Shown in pieces: positions 9,853 to 19,588 of a stretch of 64,000 bases of DNA (position 1 is the stretch's first letter; each line of letters starts with the position of its first letter). The translations under genes and the position numbers were made by a program. The notes under the pieces are model-generated. The model searched no databases, was not told the DNA's origin, and was given only the letters and a program-made list of their open reading frames with translations. This DNA comes from Minisyncoccia bacterium (lineage in GTDB: Bacteria; Patescibacteriota; Minisyncoccia; Phycocordibacterales; UBA918), in the NCBI GenBank assembly GCA_046293175.1, contig JBKBPM010000001.1, forward strand, positions 593,408-657,407. Direction: 5' to 3'.

Positions 9853-10896
9853 ATGCCTGTATTTGTACCGTCTACCACAAAACGCCGTCCTCGTAATTAT
9901 CTTCGTCTGTTTATTTGGACGAGCACCTTTCTTTGCACCCTCGCAGGCGTGGCTTTGATTGCGGTTTTGACGCAAAAGACTGCCACTCTAACGAACATCC
10001 AAACAAACGTCCCTATAAGCGACACCGCCCTGCCACCGCTGCCGGTTGGTGTTGACCCTGTAGCCAAAGTAATTGAAGAAAACCCTGCCGTCGATGCGTA
10101 CATGTCTGCGTTTGTGGCGAGCAACCACACAAAACCTACTATTGGGGATAGTTGGTTTGATCGTGTCTTAGCCAAACTCACTGAACATGACTGGTACCAA
10201 AACCTCGCTACCCCAGCGACACGCATTCTCATTATTCAATCAGGTGAGCGACATGAAGAAATTGCCAAAAACTTTGCACGTATTCTCCGGTGGACCCCCG
10301 AAGAAAAAAGTATTTTTACTGAACGACTGATGGATGAAGTACCGCCAGTAAAAGACGGCAAGCTCTATCCTGGCCGATACGTTGTTTCGAGTGATGCTGG
10401 ACCAGAAGAAGTAGCAGTAGCAGTGGCTGATCGTTTTAATGCAGAAGTTCGGACCCGTTACACTGATGAGGTAGCCAAAATCCTGCCGCTTAAAGAGGCA
10501 CTTATTATTGCTTCTTTGATTGAACGAGAAGCCTACGACTTTAATGACATGCGCTACATCTCCGGCGTGATTTGGAATCGTTTGTTTATTGATATGAAGC
10601 TGCAGATTGATGCCACGCTCCAGTACGTCCGCGGCGAGCAAAGTGCGGCCGCTGGTGGTCGCTGGTGGCCTGTCCCGAGGGCGCAAGATAAATTTATTAA
10701 ATCACCGTACAACACCTACCAAAATGTTGGCTTGCCCCCAGCACCGATTGCAAACCCGTCTATAGACGCTATTATCGCCGCCCTCAATCCCCGTGACACC
10801 GATTGTCTTTTCTACTATCACACTGATGATGGCACCTTCTACTGCAACGCCACCTACGAAGCACACGTAGCTGGTATCAAAGCGCATTTGAAATAA
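9853..10896 (+). CDS. mltG: Endolytic transglycosylase MltG
   Basis: IIASLIEREA, ISGVIWNRL, LQIDAT, SPYNTY and GLPPAPIANP. Confidence 0.92.
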   Translation: MPVFVPSTTKRRPRNYLRLFIWTSTFLCTLAGVALIAVLTQKTATLTNIQTNVPISDTALPPLPVGVDPVAKVIEENPAVDAYMSAFVASNHTKPTIGDSWFDRVLAKLTEHDWYQNLATPATRILIIQSGERHEEIAKNFARILRWTPEEKSIFTERLMDEVPPVKDGKLYPGRYVVSSDAGPEEVAVAVADRFNAEVRTRYTDEVAKILPLKEALIIASLIEREAYDFNDMRYISGVIWNRLFIDMKLQIDATLQYVRGEQSAAAGGRWWPVPRAQDKFIKSPYNTYQNVGLPPAPIANPSIDAIIAALNPRDTDCLFYYHTDDGTFYCNATYEAHVAGIKAHLK

Positions 10897-10921
10897 ACTT
10901 CAAAAAATAACTTTGACTATC

Positions 10922-11365
10922 TTATTTTGTGGCATCATTAACTAAATACTGCAGATCTATTTGACCAAGTTTGCCAGCCGTAAAATCAGACCAGACACCA
11001 ACCGGCCTCATGATCCGCGTATCATGCATATTTACCCAATTCACTGTGGCGAGTTCGTGTGCATGTGTTGGCGACTGTCCTCGATTTCGGAAATCAGCTG
11101 CATTATCAATCCAAAACAAAAACTCTACCACGTGTTTGCTATTGTCCTGCGTAAAATTATGAATATAGAGTAGTGCGCCAACAATAGGTGTTATACCTAG
11201 TTCTTCTTCCAGTTCACGGACTAGACCAGCCTTGATATCCTCACCCCATTCGAGATGCCCACCTGGCAATGCCAAAAACCCTTCTTTCCCTACATGCTCA
11301 ACTACCAATAGCTCACCTCTATCTATAATGATGCCCCGACAACGAATTTCAAATGTCTTGTCCAT
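10922..11365 (-). CDS. NUDIX hydrolase
   Basis: Nudix box GGHLEWGEDIKAGLVRELEEELG. Confidence 0.9.
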   Translation of the reverse strand: MDKTFEIRCRGIIIDRGELLVVEHVGKEGFLALPGGHLEWGEDIKAGLVRELEEELGITPIVGALLYIHNFTQDNSKHVVEFLFWIDNAADFRNRGQSPTHAHELATVNWVNMHDTRIMRPVGVWSDFTAGKLGQIDLQYLVNDATK

Positions 11366-11380
11366 GTGTTTGATGATACC

Positions 11381-11743
11381 CTATTGCCATAACGCCAACC
11401 ACACCCCAATGTAATGCACCACCACATACAGGAAGAAGAGGTAACCAAGCACACCAACAATGAGTGTGAGCGCAAGGTAATTAATAATTTCATTACGCCG
11501 ACGTTTGGCTTCATCAATGGTACAGATACCTTTTTTGCGGGTTAGGTAATAATAAAGAGAACCAAGTAGCGCCAGTAGACCAACTCCACGAAATGCCCAC
11601 TTGTAATCTCCATAGAGAGTATCAGCGAGTGATGAGGCAAAACTAGCGCTCGCAATACCAAGGAGCACCAAAATAACCGGCGATAAACAACATAATGAGG
11701 CTAGTAGTACCGGGACACTTGAGATCTTAAAAATATCTTTCAT
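11381..11743 (-). CDS. MerT/MerF-like small membrane protein
   Basis: ASLCCLSP Cys pair in TM1; three TM segments. Confidence 0.55.
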   Translation of the reverse strand: MKDIFKISSVPVLLASLCCLSPVILVLLGIASASFASSLADTLYGDYKWAFRGVGLLALLGSLYYYLTRKKGICTIDEAKRRRNEIINYLALTLIVGVLGYLFFLYVVVHYIGVWLALWQ

Positions 11744-11752
11744 ATATAGTTA

Positions 11753-13603
11753 TTATACGGCAGACAGCCACAAACCGTAGCCAGCCGCTTCCATGTCAGC
11801 TAGTGGAATAAACCGGAGAGCAGCACCATTCATACAGTAGCGCATTCCTCCACGATCAGTCGGACCGTCCGGAAAGACGTGTCCGAGATGTGAATCCGCA
11901 AATCGTGACCGAACTTCTGTCCGAGTTGAAAAGAGCTTTTTATCTTCATGTAGGGTCACGGCAGTGTCATTGATAGGACGAACAAATGACGGCCACCCCG
12001 TGCCTGAATTATACTTGTCACGCGATAAGAATAATGGTTCACCAGAAACCACATCGACATAAATCCCCGGTTCATAATTTTTATCTAGTTCACTGGTACC
12101 TGCACGCTCAGTACTATCCTCCTGTGTCACCCGATACTCAATATCAGACAATTGCTGACGTAAGATATCGTCACTTGGCTTTACATAATTGTTCCAGCTA
12201 TCGGCAGTAAATGGTGTTGGCATAGTATTTGTAGTTACGGTTACTTCAGGGACGGTAGAATACTCAAACGTGTTTGCACTACTCCCCCAGACTCCTTCAT
12301 AAAACTTTGTCCGTCCTGATGCAGCTCGGTAGTAATTATACCGAACCGGATTCTTCTTGGCGTAATCTTGATGATATTCCTCGGCGACATAAAACATTGG
12401 TCGTGGCAGGATAGGTACAGTTATTGGTTTTGCTAATTTCCCCGACTTAGCTACGGCTTGTATAACAGCAGTGGCTATCTCCTTTTCTTCTTCTGTACCG
12501 TAATAGACTGCTGGAGCATAGGCCGCACCCCGATCATAAAACGAGCCTTCGCCATCGGTTGGGTCACCATGTTTGAGAATATGCTCAACCAGGTTTCCAT
12601 ACGACACTACCGTCGGATCATACGTCACCTCCACCACCTCACGATGACCACCTTGATAATAATCATCATATGTCGGATCAATCGTGTTCCCTCCCGCAAA
12701 ACCAGAGACAACAGCGATGACTCCAGGAACTTTTTCGAGATCGTGTTCAACACACCAAAAACAGCCGTTGGCCAATAACGCCGTTGCTGGAGTAACATCA
12801 ATTACTTTTGTATTGGTAGACACTGGCTGTGTATCAGCTGATTCCTGAAACGCTGAATCAGCGGGTACCGACGGTGCAAACTGCTCAAGCAATCCCTCTT
12901 CGAATTGAATGGTGGCTCCATAGCCGCCATCAAGAATCTTGGATTCAATCATTTTGTCAACACCTGAGATAATCGCTAAACCAACAAGAATTAAGAGGAT
13001 ACCCAACCCTTGCTTAATCATCGACGCGGTTGCAAAGTGACCGAGTATTCGATTGATGAGCTGTTGTCCGAAGTACGCTATAAGAAGCAATACCAAAACC
13101 AATCCTAGTACAAAGGCTCCTAGGTATAGTAATCCTATAGCCAGAGTAGCCGGCAGCACGGTGGCAATGATGTAAAGATAAGTTGGACTACAAGTCGAAA
13201 AAACGGGACCAAGCGCCAAGCCCATCATGACATCACCAGAGACGTTATTCTTCTGATACCCCTGGCCAACTGCTCGGTTACTCGTTCGCGAAAGTGTTGC
13301 CACTAATGGAATACGACCCCATGCTGTTGGGAATACTAATGTTAACCCAAGAAGCACTAACACCCCGCCTGAGAAACCTGTCCAAAAACTCGCTGGAATG
13401 GTGATAAGTAGCGTCGACACCTTGAGTAGTAAGGTAAAGACTATAACCGAAATTCCTAAGGTCCCAATCACGATGATTGACCGTCGTGAAAGCCCTCGCG
13501 CACCAGGCTCACTTGCACCAATTACCACTGGCAAGAGTGGTAAGATGCACGGTGCTAATACTGTAAGCACTCCAGCTAAGAATGAAATTAAAAGTAATGA
13601 CAT
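11753..13603 (-). CDS. msrAB: CcdA/DsbD-like membrane domain fused to MsrA and MsrB
   Basis: PCILP...FSTCSP (CcdA), GCFWC...AEEYHQDY (MsrA), SGTGWPSF...SHLGHVF...RYCMN (MsrB). Confidence 0.88.
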   Translation of the reverse strand: MSLLLISFLAGVLTVLAPCILPLLPVVIGASEPGARGLSRRSIIVIGTLGISVIVFTLLLKVSTLLITIPASFWTGFSGGVLVLLGLTLVFPTAWGRIPLVATLSRTSNRAVGQGYQKNNVSGDVMMGLALGPVFSTCSPTYLYIIATVLPATLAIGLLYLGAFVLGLVLVLLLIAYFGQQLINRILGHFATASMIKQGLGILLILVGLAIISGVDKMIESKILDGGYGATIQFEEGLLEQFAPSVPADSAFQESADTQPVSTNTKVIDVTPATALLANGCFWCVEHDLEKVPGVIAVVSGFAGGNTIDPTYDDYYQGGHREVVEVTYDPTVVSYGNLVEHILKHGDPTDGEGSFYDRGAAYAPAVYYGTEEEKEIATAVIQAVAKSGKLAKPITVPILPRPMFYVAEEYHQDYAKKNPVRYNYYRAASGRTKFYEGVWGSSANTFEYSTVPEVTVTTNTMPTPFTADSWNNYVKPSDDILRQQLSDIEYRVTQEDSTERAGTSELDKNYEPGIYVDVVSGEPLFLSRDKYNSGTGWPSFVRPINDTAVTLHEDKKLFSTRTEVRSRFADSHLGHVFPDGPTDRGGMRYCMNGAALRFIPLADMEAAGYGLWLSAV

Positions 13604-13606
13604 GAG

Positions 13607-14215
13607 TTATTGAACCTGGGCAACAATACTCGCAAGGGTTGAACCACCACTCCACTTCTTGATAAGTTTACCACTCGCATCCACTTGCACGAGTGTATGC
13701 TGCGTCGTGACACCATACTGCTGCTTCATAGCTGCCGAATTGTCATAATCTACTTCAAGAATCGTTAGTCCGGCTGGAATCGCTTCAAGATTGGCTTTGA
13801 TATTCCCATCAAGGGCACGACAACTTGGACACCATGATGCTTTAAAGAATAGGACGACGTCGCCAGTGTTTGCCATCGCTAGTTTACTCACTTCGTAGGG
13901 TGCATATTCACCCACCTTCTTCATAGCTTCGTCGCCTGACATAGCTTGATCTTCTTTTTTCATCATGACTTCTTCTCTGGACATTGCTTCGGCTTTATTC
14001 ATATCATCATTCATCATCTCGCCGTCTTTCTCCATCATCATCTTTTCATCCATAGCCTTTTGCTCCATCATCGCTTTCTCCTCCATCGTAGCCTTTTCCA
14101 TGGCCGCTTTTTCGGCCATCATGGCAGCATCATCAGTTTTACCCATCGACAGGACATACCAGCCACCAGTAAGTACCACTCCCGCAACAACAAATCCCAC
14201 TATTGCTTTTTGCAT
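13607..14215 (-). CDS. Membrane-anchored thioredoxin with a Met-rich linker
   Basis: N-terminal TM, Met/Glu/Lys-rich repeats, WCPSC active site. Confidence 0.85.
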   Translation of the reverse strand: MQKAIVGFVVAGVVLTGGWYVLSMGKTDDAAMMAEKAAMEKATMEEKAMMEQKAMDEKMMMEKDGEMMNDDMNKAEAMSREEVMMKKEDQAMSGDEAMKKVGEYAPYEVSKLAMANTGDVVLFFKASWCPSCRALDGNIKANLEAIPAGLTILEVDYDNSAAMKQQYGVTTQHTLVQVDASGKLIKKWSGGSTLASIVAQVQ

Positions 14216-14246
14216 AAAATTACCAAAATAAACGGTTATGGGTATA

Positions 14247-14284
14247 GTATAGTCGACTTTACATTTATGTAAAGTCGACTATAC
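14247..14284. promoter_or_regulatory. Perfect 18-bp inverted repeat, probably a tandem operator for the XRE regulator
   Basis: GTATAGTCGACTTTACAT-tt-ATGTAAAGTCGACTATAC; each arm is itself a near-palindrome. Confidence 0.6.
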
Positions 14285-14298
14285 ATTCGCTTTGGGGA

Positions 14299-14658
14299 TT
14301 ACTGCCGATCTAGGTAGAGTCGAGCGAGGAGCTTTGTTGAGACCATCACGGCCAATACGACTGGTATCCACGGATCTATTTCGTGAGCAAGACCTTGCAA
14401 TACAAGTGCCAACATCAATACCAACATACCAGCCACATAGGCGACCCGCCCTGATTGGGATTTGATATTCACTTCCCGCTCATCACTCGCTGTCTCAGAA
14501 ACAATTAATCCTGCCCAAATAAGCAAGAGAACTGTCACCATCACAAGCGCCACCATCTCACCCATCATCGGCATCCAAAATGGTATGAAATCTGCCAATG
14601 CTAAAAGAAAGAATGTAATGACTAATGCGAGCGTGGTAAACAAAAATGATTTATGCAT
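14299..14658 (-). CDS. DUF2178-like membrane protein
   Basis: Four TMs with a DERE motif; directly follows the XRE gene. Confidence 0.65.
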   Translation of the reverse strand: MHKSFLFTTLALVITFFLLALADFIPFWMPMMGEMVALVMVTVLLLIWAGLIVSETASDEREVNIKSQSGRVAYVAGMLVLMLALVLQGLAHEIDPWIPVVLAVMVSTKLLARLYLDRQ

Positions 14659-14659
14659 A

Positions 14660-14860
14660 TTATTTTATGGTGAACATGTCCTCAACAGTCACGTTAAAGA
14701 CGCGAGCTATCTTAAGTGCGAGTAAGACTGATGGAGTATAGTTCCCTTTTTCGATTGATATGATGGTCTGTCTTGTCACACCAAGAGCCACTGCTAATTC
14801 TTCTTGGGTCATAGCAGACTTAGTGCGATATTCGTTGACTCGGTTGTGTACCGTCTCCAT
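14660..14860 (-). CDS. XRE/Cro-family HTH regulator
   Basis: MTQEELAVALGVTRQTIISIEKGNYTPSVLLALKIA. Confidence 0.92.
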   Translation of the reverse strand: METVHNRVNEYRTKSAMTQEELAVALGVTRQTIISIEKGNYTPSVLLALKIARVFNVTVEDMFTIK

Positions 14861-14924
14861 ATAGCAGGTATGCTAGCACGTTTTTCACAAACCGCGAGGA
14901 TTTTCAAATACTGCTTGGTATAAA

Positions 14925-15668
14925 TTATTCTAGACTAAACGTAGCACGAGTGGTTACCATCACCTCTTTATTAAGTGATCCAGTGTCGTATGAACCATAG
15001 TCACTAATGTCTACCCCGCCTTGCGGTAACACCTGAACCACGCCACCTACAGCATTGCGAAGCGTACCAACATTTCGTCCAGATTCAGAGGCAATTGCTT
15101 CAGCGCGAGCAGTGGCATCTTTAATAGCGAGAGACAAGAGTTTGACGCGCATCTCATCCAGCTTACTGTACGTTAGCTCAAAGCCGCCTGTGGTTACCAC
15201 ATACCCATCTCCATTAAGTGGACTGAGATCATTGGCAAGTGTGGTGAGCTTGCCTACATCACTACTGCGCACAATCACACTCCGGTAGATGGAGTACCCA
15301 GTCTGAACAGCCTCGGCATTTTGTGGGTAGTAGTAGGTGGCACTAATACTTCCAGCCGGTGTTTCAAAATCAGTATGGCCTTCTGACGTTAAATAGGCAG
15401 TTACCTTATCGACAGCTTGACCGAGTCGTTCAATCCCAGACTGTTGGTCATTGAGGCCAGTCTTCGCTTCAAGCATGATGGTAAGTCGTCCGGTGTCAGC
15501 CACCACCGACTCTTTGGCGGAACCAGTAACTTCAATCGTGTCACTCGCCAGTTTAATATCGTAGAGTACCTGTCCCCCATACCAAACCATCAGTCCAAGG
15601 GCGACCACAAAAATGGTAACCGCCGCCACTCGTGGTTCACTGTAATCAAATAATTTATTGAAATGCAT
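14925..15668 (-). CDS. SIMPL domain protein
   Basis: TIEVTGSA...AD...AIKDATARAEAIA...G pattern. Confidence 0.8.
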   Translation of the reverse strand: MHFNKLFDYSEPRVAAVTIFVVALGLMVWYGGQVLYDIKLASDTIEVTGSAKESVVADTGRLTIMLEAKTGLNDQQSGIERLGQAVDKVTAYLTSEGHTDFETPAGSISATYYYPQNAEAVQTGYSIYRSVIVRSSDVGKLTTLANDLSPLNGDGYVVTTGGFELTYSKLDEMRVKLLSLAIKDATARAEAIASESGRNVGTLRNAVGGVVQVLPQGGVDISDYGSYDTGSLNKEVMVTTRATFSLE

Positions 15669-15731
15669 AGGTATGAAATAGGGTAAATAATGTACTCATT
15701 ATATACCTCTCATTTCACTTCTGCACGATGT

Positions 15732-15977
15732 CTACAAACCGGGTTTGCGTGTGCCGTCTCGCTTAAAAAATGTCCACACGTAATACTGCTCAACCTTCTC
15801 TCGCGCCCAGGGAGTCTTGCGCAAAAAGGTGAGACTTGAGTTGATACTCGGCTTGTCGGTAAAACACTTAATCTTGATCTTTTGCCCAAGAGCTTCAAAG
15901 CCATAATGACTAACCAATTCTTCTACCTGTCGTTTGAGCGTAATGCCGTGGAGCGAATTATTTAGTTGGGTGGTCAT
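15732..15977 (-). CDS. VF530/DUF2132 family small DNA-binding protein
   Basis: LHGITL...LVSHYGF...CF...PSINSSLTFLRKTPWAREKVE. Confidence 0.85.
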   Translation of the reverse strand: MTTQLNNSLHGITLKRQVEELVSHYGFEALGQKIKIKCFTDKPSINSSLTFLRKTPWAREKVEQYYVWTFFKRDGTRKPGL

Positions 15978-15979
15978 AA

Positions 15980-16270
15980 TTATTTCTTCTTCACAGGTTT
16001 GAACCACTTGGCAGCACTTGGCCGACGGTGCGGACACCCCGGCCAACAGCACGGACGACGCTTCCCGCGTCCGAGGTCCTCGGTCAAACGGCGCAGGTGG
16101 TCGGCCCGGGTCTCAGCTTTTTTGACATAGGTTACCCAGCAAATCCACTCGTTACGTGCGAGCGGTGTAAGGCCATTCCAGATTTCTGGCATGCCTTTGA
16201 CACCGAGAAGTACCTTCCGCATATCAGCCGGTAACCGGTGATTCACCCCAGTGGCGAGGGTAGTTGTCAT
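15980..16270 (-). CDS. YdeI/OmpD-associated family protein
   Basis: WNGLTPLARNEWICWV...KAETR...GKRRPCCWPGCPHR. Confidence 0.8.
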   Translation of the reverse strand: MTTTLATGVNHRLPADMRKVLLGVKGMPEIWNGLTPLARNEWICWVTYVKKAETRADHLRRLTEDLGRGKRRPCCWPGCPHRRPSAAKWFKPVKKK

Positions 16271-16344
16271 GGCACTATTCTATCCTACAAATCATCAATA
16301 TAGAAAAAGACCCTGGGCACACATGCACCCAGGGCCAGACCACT

Positions 16345-18114
16345 TCACTGCATGCTTCGTTCTTGGAGCTCGCGGATATAGGCTTGCAGCCGCTCCACGG
16401 CTTCTGTCCGTTCGAAGATGTACTGAAACAAATCAACGCGCACCGCTTCGATTTCGTCCTGAAGCTGTTTATCGGTGAGCACCTGCTCCCGTAGTGCTGC
16501 GATAGTTTCGTCGCGCTTTTGCACGAGTGTATTGAGACGGTTCACCTCCTTGGTTTTTTCCTCTACCAGCACAGACAGCGCGTCGATTTCTTTTTTCTTA
16601 TCGTCGAGAGCTTCCAAAAGTCCGGCAACAACATTGTCTGCGAGCATCGCTGCTTGCGAGACGATGGTGCGATTCGCCGCCTTAAGGTCTTTCAAGGTAG
16701 TCGCGAGCTTGCGTTCGAGGGTATCAATCCGTCGCTTGCGCAACGTACCAATACGACGAGCTTGTCTGAGCTCCCCTTTCATGTCCTCAGCCACAGGCCC
16801 GCCGCTATTTGATGGTCCCACCACAGTTTGCACTACCGGCGGGGCAATCATTTTTTCATGAAGCGCTGCGGCCAACAGTTGCCCTGTCGCAAAAAGCACA
16901 CCAACCAACTCACCAAGCTGCTTGATACGTTCGATCTGGTAAGTTTCCCGCTCGTACTGTTCGCGATCAATTTGCTGGCGACGGCGATTCGCAGCAGCAA
17001 CTTCATGGTCCTTTGTCGACAACTGGTTACGGAGAACCTGGTTTGTAGCTTCAACGTGTTGCAGTCGAGTCTCGAGATTCTCAACCCGAGCTGCTACCAC
17101 CACCAACGCCTTCTTTTCTCTTTCGAGCGTCGACAGCTTATGTCGTAGCAGTTGATTTTCGAGCCGCAAACCACTCTCATCAACGACCACCGGTTGCTGT
17201 GCGACCGGAGGTTCTACTCGCTTTACTGGTGGCGATACCACAGCGCGTCGCACTGGTTCCACCTTTGGTGGTGGCGCCACCACCACTGGTGGCGGTGATG
17301 GAGCCGGCGTCGGTGCTTGCGGAGTCATGGCCTTCGGCTGGGCCGGCGGTGGTACCGTCGGTTTGGCCGGAGGTATTAGTGGCGGCTTGACCACTTCTTT
17401 AACCACCGGCGTCACTGGTGGCTTTGGTGCAGGTGGCGCTTTTGGCGCCACCGGCATTTTGACCACCGATTTGGCCGCTGGTGCCGGTTGCGGCAGAGCT
17501 CTTACCGCACGCGGTTTCGGCAGTTTGACCATCATCATAGCATCTTCGAGTGGTGTGGGCGGCTTTACTTGCTTACCTCGACTCTTAGCCACATAGATTG
17601 ACGGTCTAGCATCTTCTTCACGAAACAACAATCCACTCGCCTCAGACATCTGCTTGAGAATAATAGAGGCATCGCTCGCTTCAGTTGTTTCAAGGAGCTG
17701 CACCAACTGGTACAAGCCAGTCCGATAGAGTTGGACCAATTCGGTGCCAAGCGGCTTGTCTCCTGGATGAAGATCCCGCACTAGGGTGGCAAGCAAAGAT
17801 GGATCACTTGTCCCGAGGGACGAAGCGTACTTCTTCTCAGTATGAAGCCAATTCGGCGGCTTTGCCTTGGCAGGACGACTGAGAATCGCCAACACTTCTG
17901 CAAGATGTGAGACTGCCGAAACGGGCACCAGAAGTGACTTCGCCTTCGCCTCAGGTACCTTGATAATGTTGCCAGTACCAAGATGAAGGGTAACCATGCG
18001 GATATTTTCACCAAACACCTTCTCGGTCTTAGTCTCTCCGACCGTGCAGATGCCATGGCTACCGTACGTGACTTTTGCCCCTTGCGAAAAGGAGACATTA
18101 GCTGATTCATTCAT
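16345..18114 (-). CDS. CarD-like N-terminal domain, Pro-rich linker and long coiled coil
   Basis: FSQGAKVTYGSHGICTV resembles the CarD/TRCF RID; GGAGG RBS before the ATG at 18114. Confidence 0.65.
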   Translation of the reverse strand: MNESANVSFSQGAKVTYGSHGICTVGETKTEKVFGENIRMVTLHLGTGNIIKVPEAKAKSLLVPVSAVSHLAEVLAILSRPAKAKPPNWLHTEKKYASSLGTSDPSLLATLVRDLHPGDKPLGTELVQLYRTGLYQLVQLLETTEASDASIILKQMSEASGLLFREEDARPSIYVAKSRGKQVKPPTPLEDAMMMVKLPKPRAVRALPQPAPAAKSVVKMPVAPKAPPAPKPPVTPVVKEVVKPPLIPPAKPTVPPPAQPKAMTPQAPTPAPSPPPVVVAPPPKVEPVRRAVVSPPVKRVEPPVAQQPVVVDESGLRLENQLLRHKLSTLEREKKALVVVAARVENLETRLQHVEATNQVLRNQLSTKDHEVAAANRRRQQIDREQYERETYQIERIKQLGELVGVLFATGQLLAAALHEKMIAPPVVQTVVGPSNSGGPVAEDMKGELRQARRIGTLRKRRIDTLERKLATTLKDLKAANRTIVSQAAMLADNVVAGLLEALDDKKKEIDALSVLVEEKTKEVNRLNTLVQKRDETIAALREQVLTDKQLQDEIEAVRVDLFQYIFERTEAVERLQAYIRELQERSMQ

Positions 18115-18242
18115 GATCGTGCCTCCTTGCAACGATGTTTGTAGATGGGCTTCTAATCGCCAAGTATGCCAAAGTACTCCTTGTAAAGCAAGGCAGTAAA
18201 CAACCATCGGACTTAGTTCACCCTATCGGGATGAACGATTTC

Positions 18243-18809
18243 CCGGCTTAAGCCGGCGTATGGGTGATGATTAAGATATTAATTTGTTAAATAGTGATGG
18301 TTGGTCAATCTGATTATGGTGATGTTGATACTTAACGTATCGACGTATAATCATTTCATCTAGACCGATCGTTGATACAAAATAAACCCTGGCCCAGAGA
18401 GATTCTTTCTCGTATAGACCATGGGCTCGTTTTATTCTCTTCTTCATCCAAGCCGAGCTCTTCCCTTTAATTTTTTGCATTATGTATGAGACCGAGTCTC
18501 GTGGTGAAACAGATAGAATTAAGTGGATATGATCTTCTTGTATATTGAGTTCAATAATTTCCCAGTATTTGTATTTAGTTATTAATTCGAAAGTACGTCT
18601 TAACTCGTCTGTAACCTTTTGTGCCCCCAAGACCTTGCCTCGATATTTTGGAGTCCAGACCAGGTGGTATTTCATTTCGTAGTAACAGTGTGATAGTGTT
18701 TGGATGGTACGTTTGCGCATACGTATTTGAATTTATTACTAAAGCCGGGCTGCCGCCCGGCTTTAGTATATGCGTTGCCTTCAAACGGACACTCCGGCTA
18801 AAGCCGGAG
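18243..18809 (-). mobile_element. IS200-like element: tnpA only, with hairpin ends
   Basis: Y1 transposase flanked by related hairpins CCGGCTTAAGCCGG (18243-18256) and CTCCGGCTAAAGCCGGAG (18792-18809); exact ends uncertain. Confidence 0.7.
18271..18720 (-). CDS. tnpA: IS200/IS605 family Y1 (HUH) transposase
   Basis: YHLVWTPKYR, HUH motif DHIHL, KGKSS, LWARVYFVSTIG, catalytic Y in YVKYQ. Confidence 0.92.
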   Translation of the reverse strand: MRKRTIQTLSHCYYEMKYHLVWTPKYRGKVLGAQKVTDELRRTFELITKYKYWEIIELNIQEDHIHLILSVSPRDSVSYIMQKIKGKSSAWMKKRIKRAHGLYEKESLWARVYFVSTIGLDEMIIRRYVKYQHHHNQIDQPSLFNKLIS

Positions 18810-18872
18810 GTTTTTAGAGATAAAAACACCACGATCAACCCGACCGTGGTGTTTTTGATAGTGAGACGAGGA

Positions 18873-19190
18873 TTATTTAGTCTCTTGTTCGTCAGGTTTT
18901 ATCGCTGCTTCAGTCGTTGAAACAGTTTTACTCATGAGGAAAATTTTGATAACGCCAAGTGCAATAATCCAGTAGACAAACATCGCGAGAAGAGTTGTCC
19001 ATTCAAAGACACTGCCAGCTACATACGTCTTACTAAATACGTTCAAAAACGGCGATGCAAAGATATAAGTTACGGTGTAAATAAATGAGGTGAAGCCAAT
19101 TTCAACATTAGCACCAAGCAGCTTTAGTACAAATCGAAATACGAGCAACACTCCAATAAACCCTAAGATATACCAAAGGAGGTGCCCCAT
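18873..19190 (-). CDS. YggT-like membrane protein, possibly 5'-truncated
   Basis: WYILG...LLVFRFVLKLLGAN...FIY...PF pattern; overlaps the upstream gene. Confidence 0.6.
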   Translation of the reverse strand: MGHLLWYILGFIGVLLVFRFVLKLLGANVEIGFTSFIYTVTYIFASPFLNVFSKTYVAGSVFEWTTLLAMFVYWIIALGVIKIFLMSKTVSTTEAAIKPDEQETK

Positions 19191-19537
19191 GGACTATCAC
19201 CAATTGCGCCCTCTACTTCTCCGCCTGAAGACAAAGCAGTAAAAATTCTTTCGGCTTCTTCTTTGCTGTCAGCCGCTACCATAATTTTGCTCCGGTTCTC
19301 GTTTTCGTTTACCTTACCCATGAATTCTGGCACATCATTACTAATGAGCATGTTGCCCCCAATCGGAAGCACAATCTGCATAATTTTCTCTGCCTCATTT
19401 GGATCAGGCTGGAAGTGGTCTGAGGCCAAATTCTTCAAGCGAATGATTTTTGTAAACTCTCCACCAAACGCTGACTTATAACAGTTAAATGCCTCTTCAG
19501 CATTGCCGTTGAAGTTGATCCATGGATTAATAGTCAT
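19163..19537 (-). pseudogene. VOC/PhnB family protein lacking its usual C-terminal strand
   Basis: INPWINFNGNAEEAFNCYKSAFGG...SPWG followed by an early stop; no D(K/R)(F/Y)G..W motif. Confidence 0.6.
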
Positions 19538-19588
19538 TTCTGCTATTGCACTCCTTTTGAAACTATCGCAAAAGCACAAAAGAGTACT

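Noticed and set aside
18271-18860. IS605-type TnpB/omega-RNA system
   Set aside because: There is no tnpB or iscB ORF next to tnpA.
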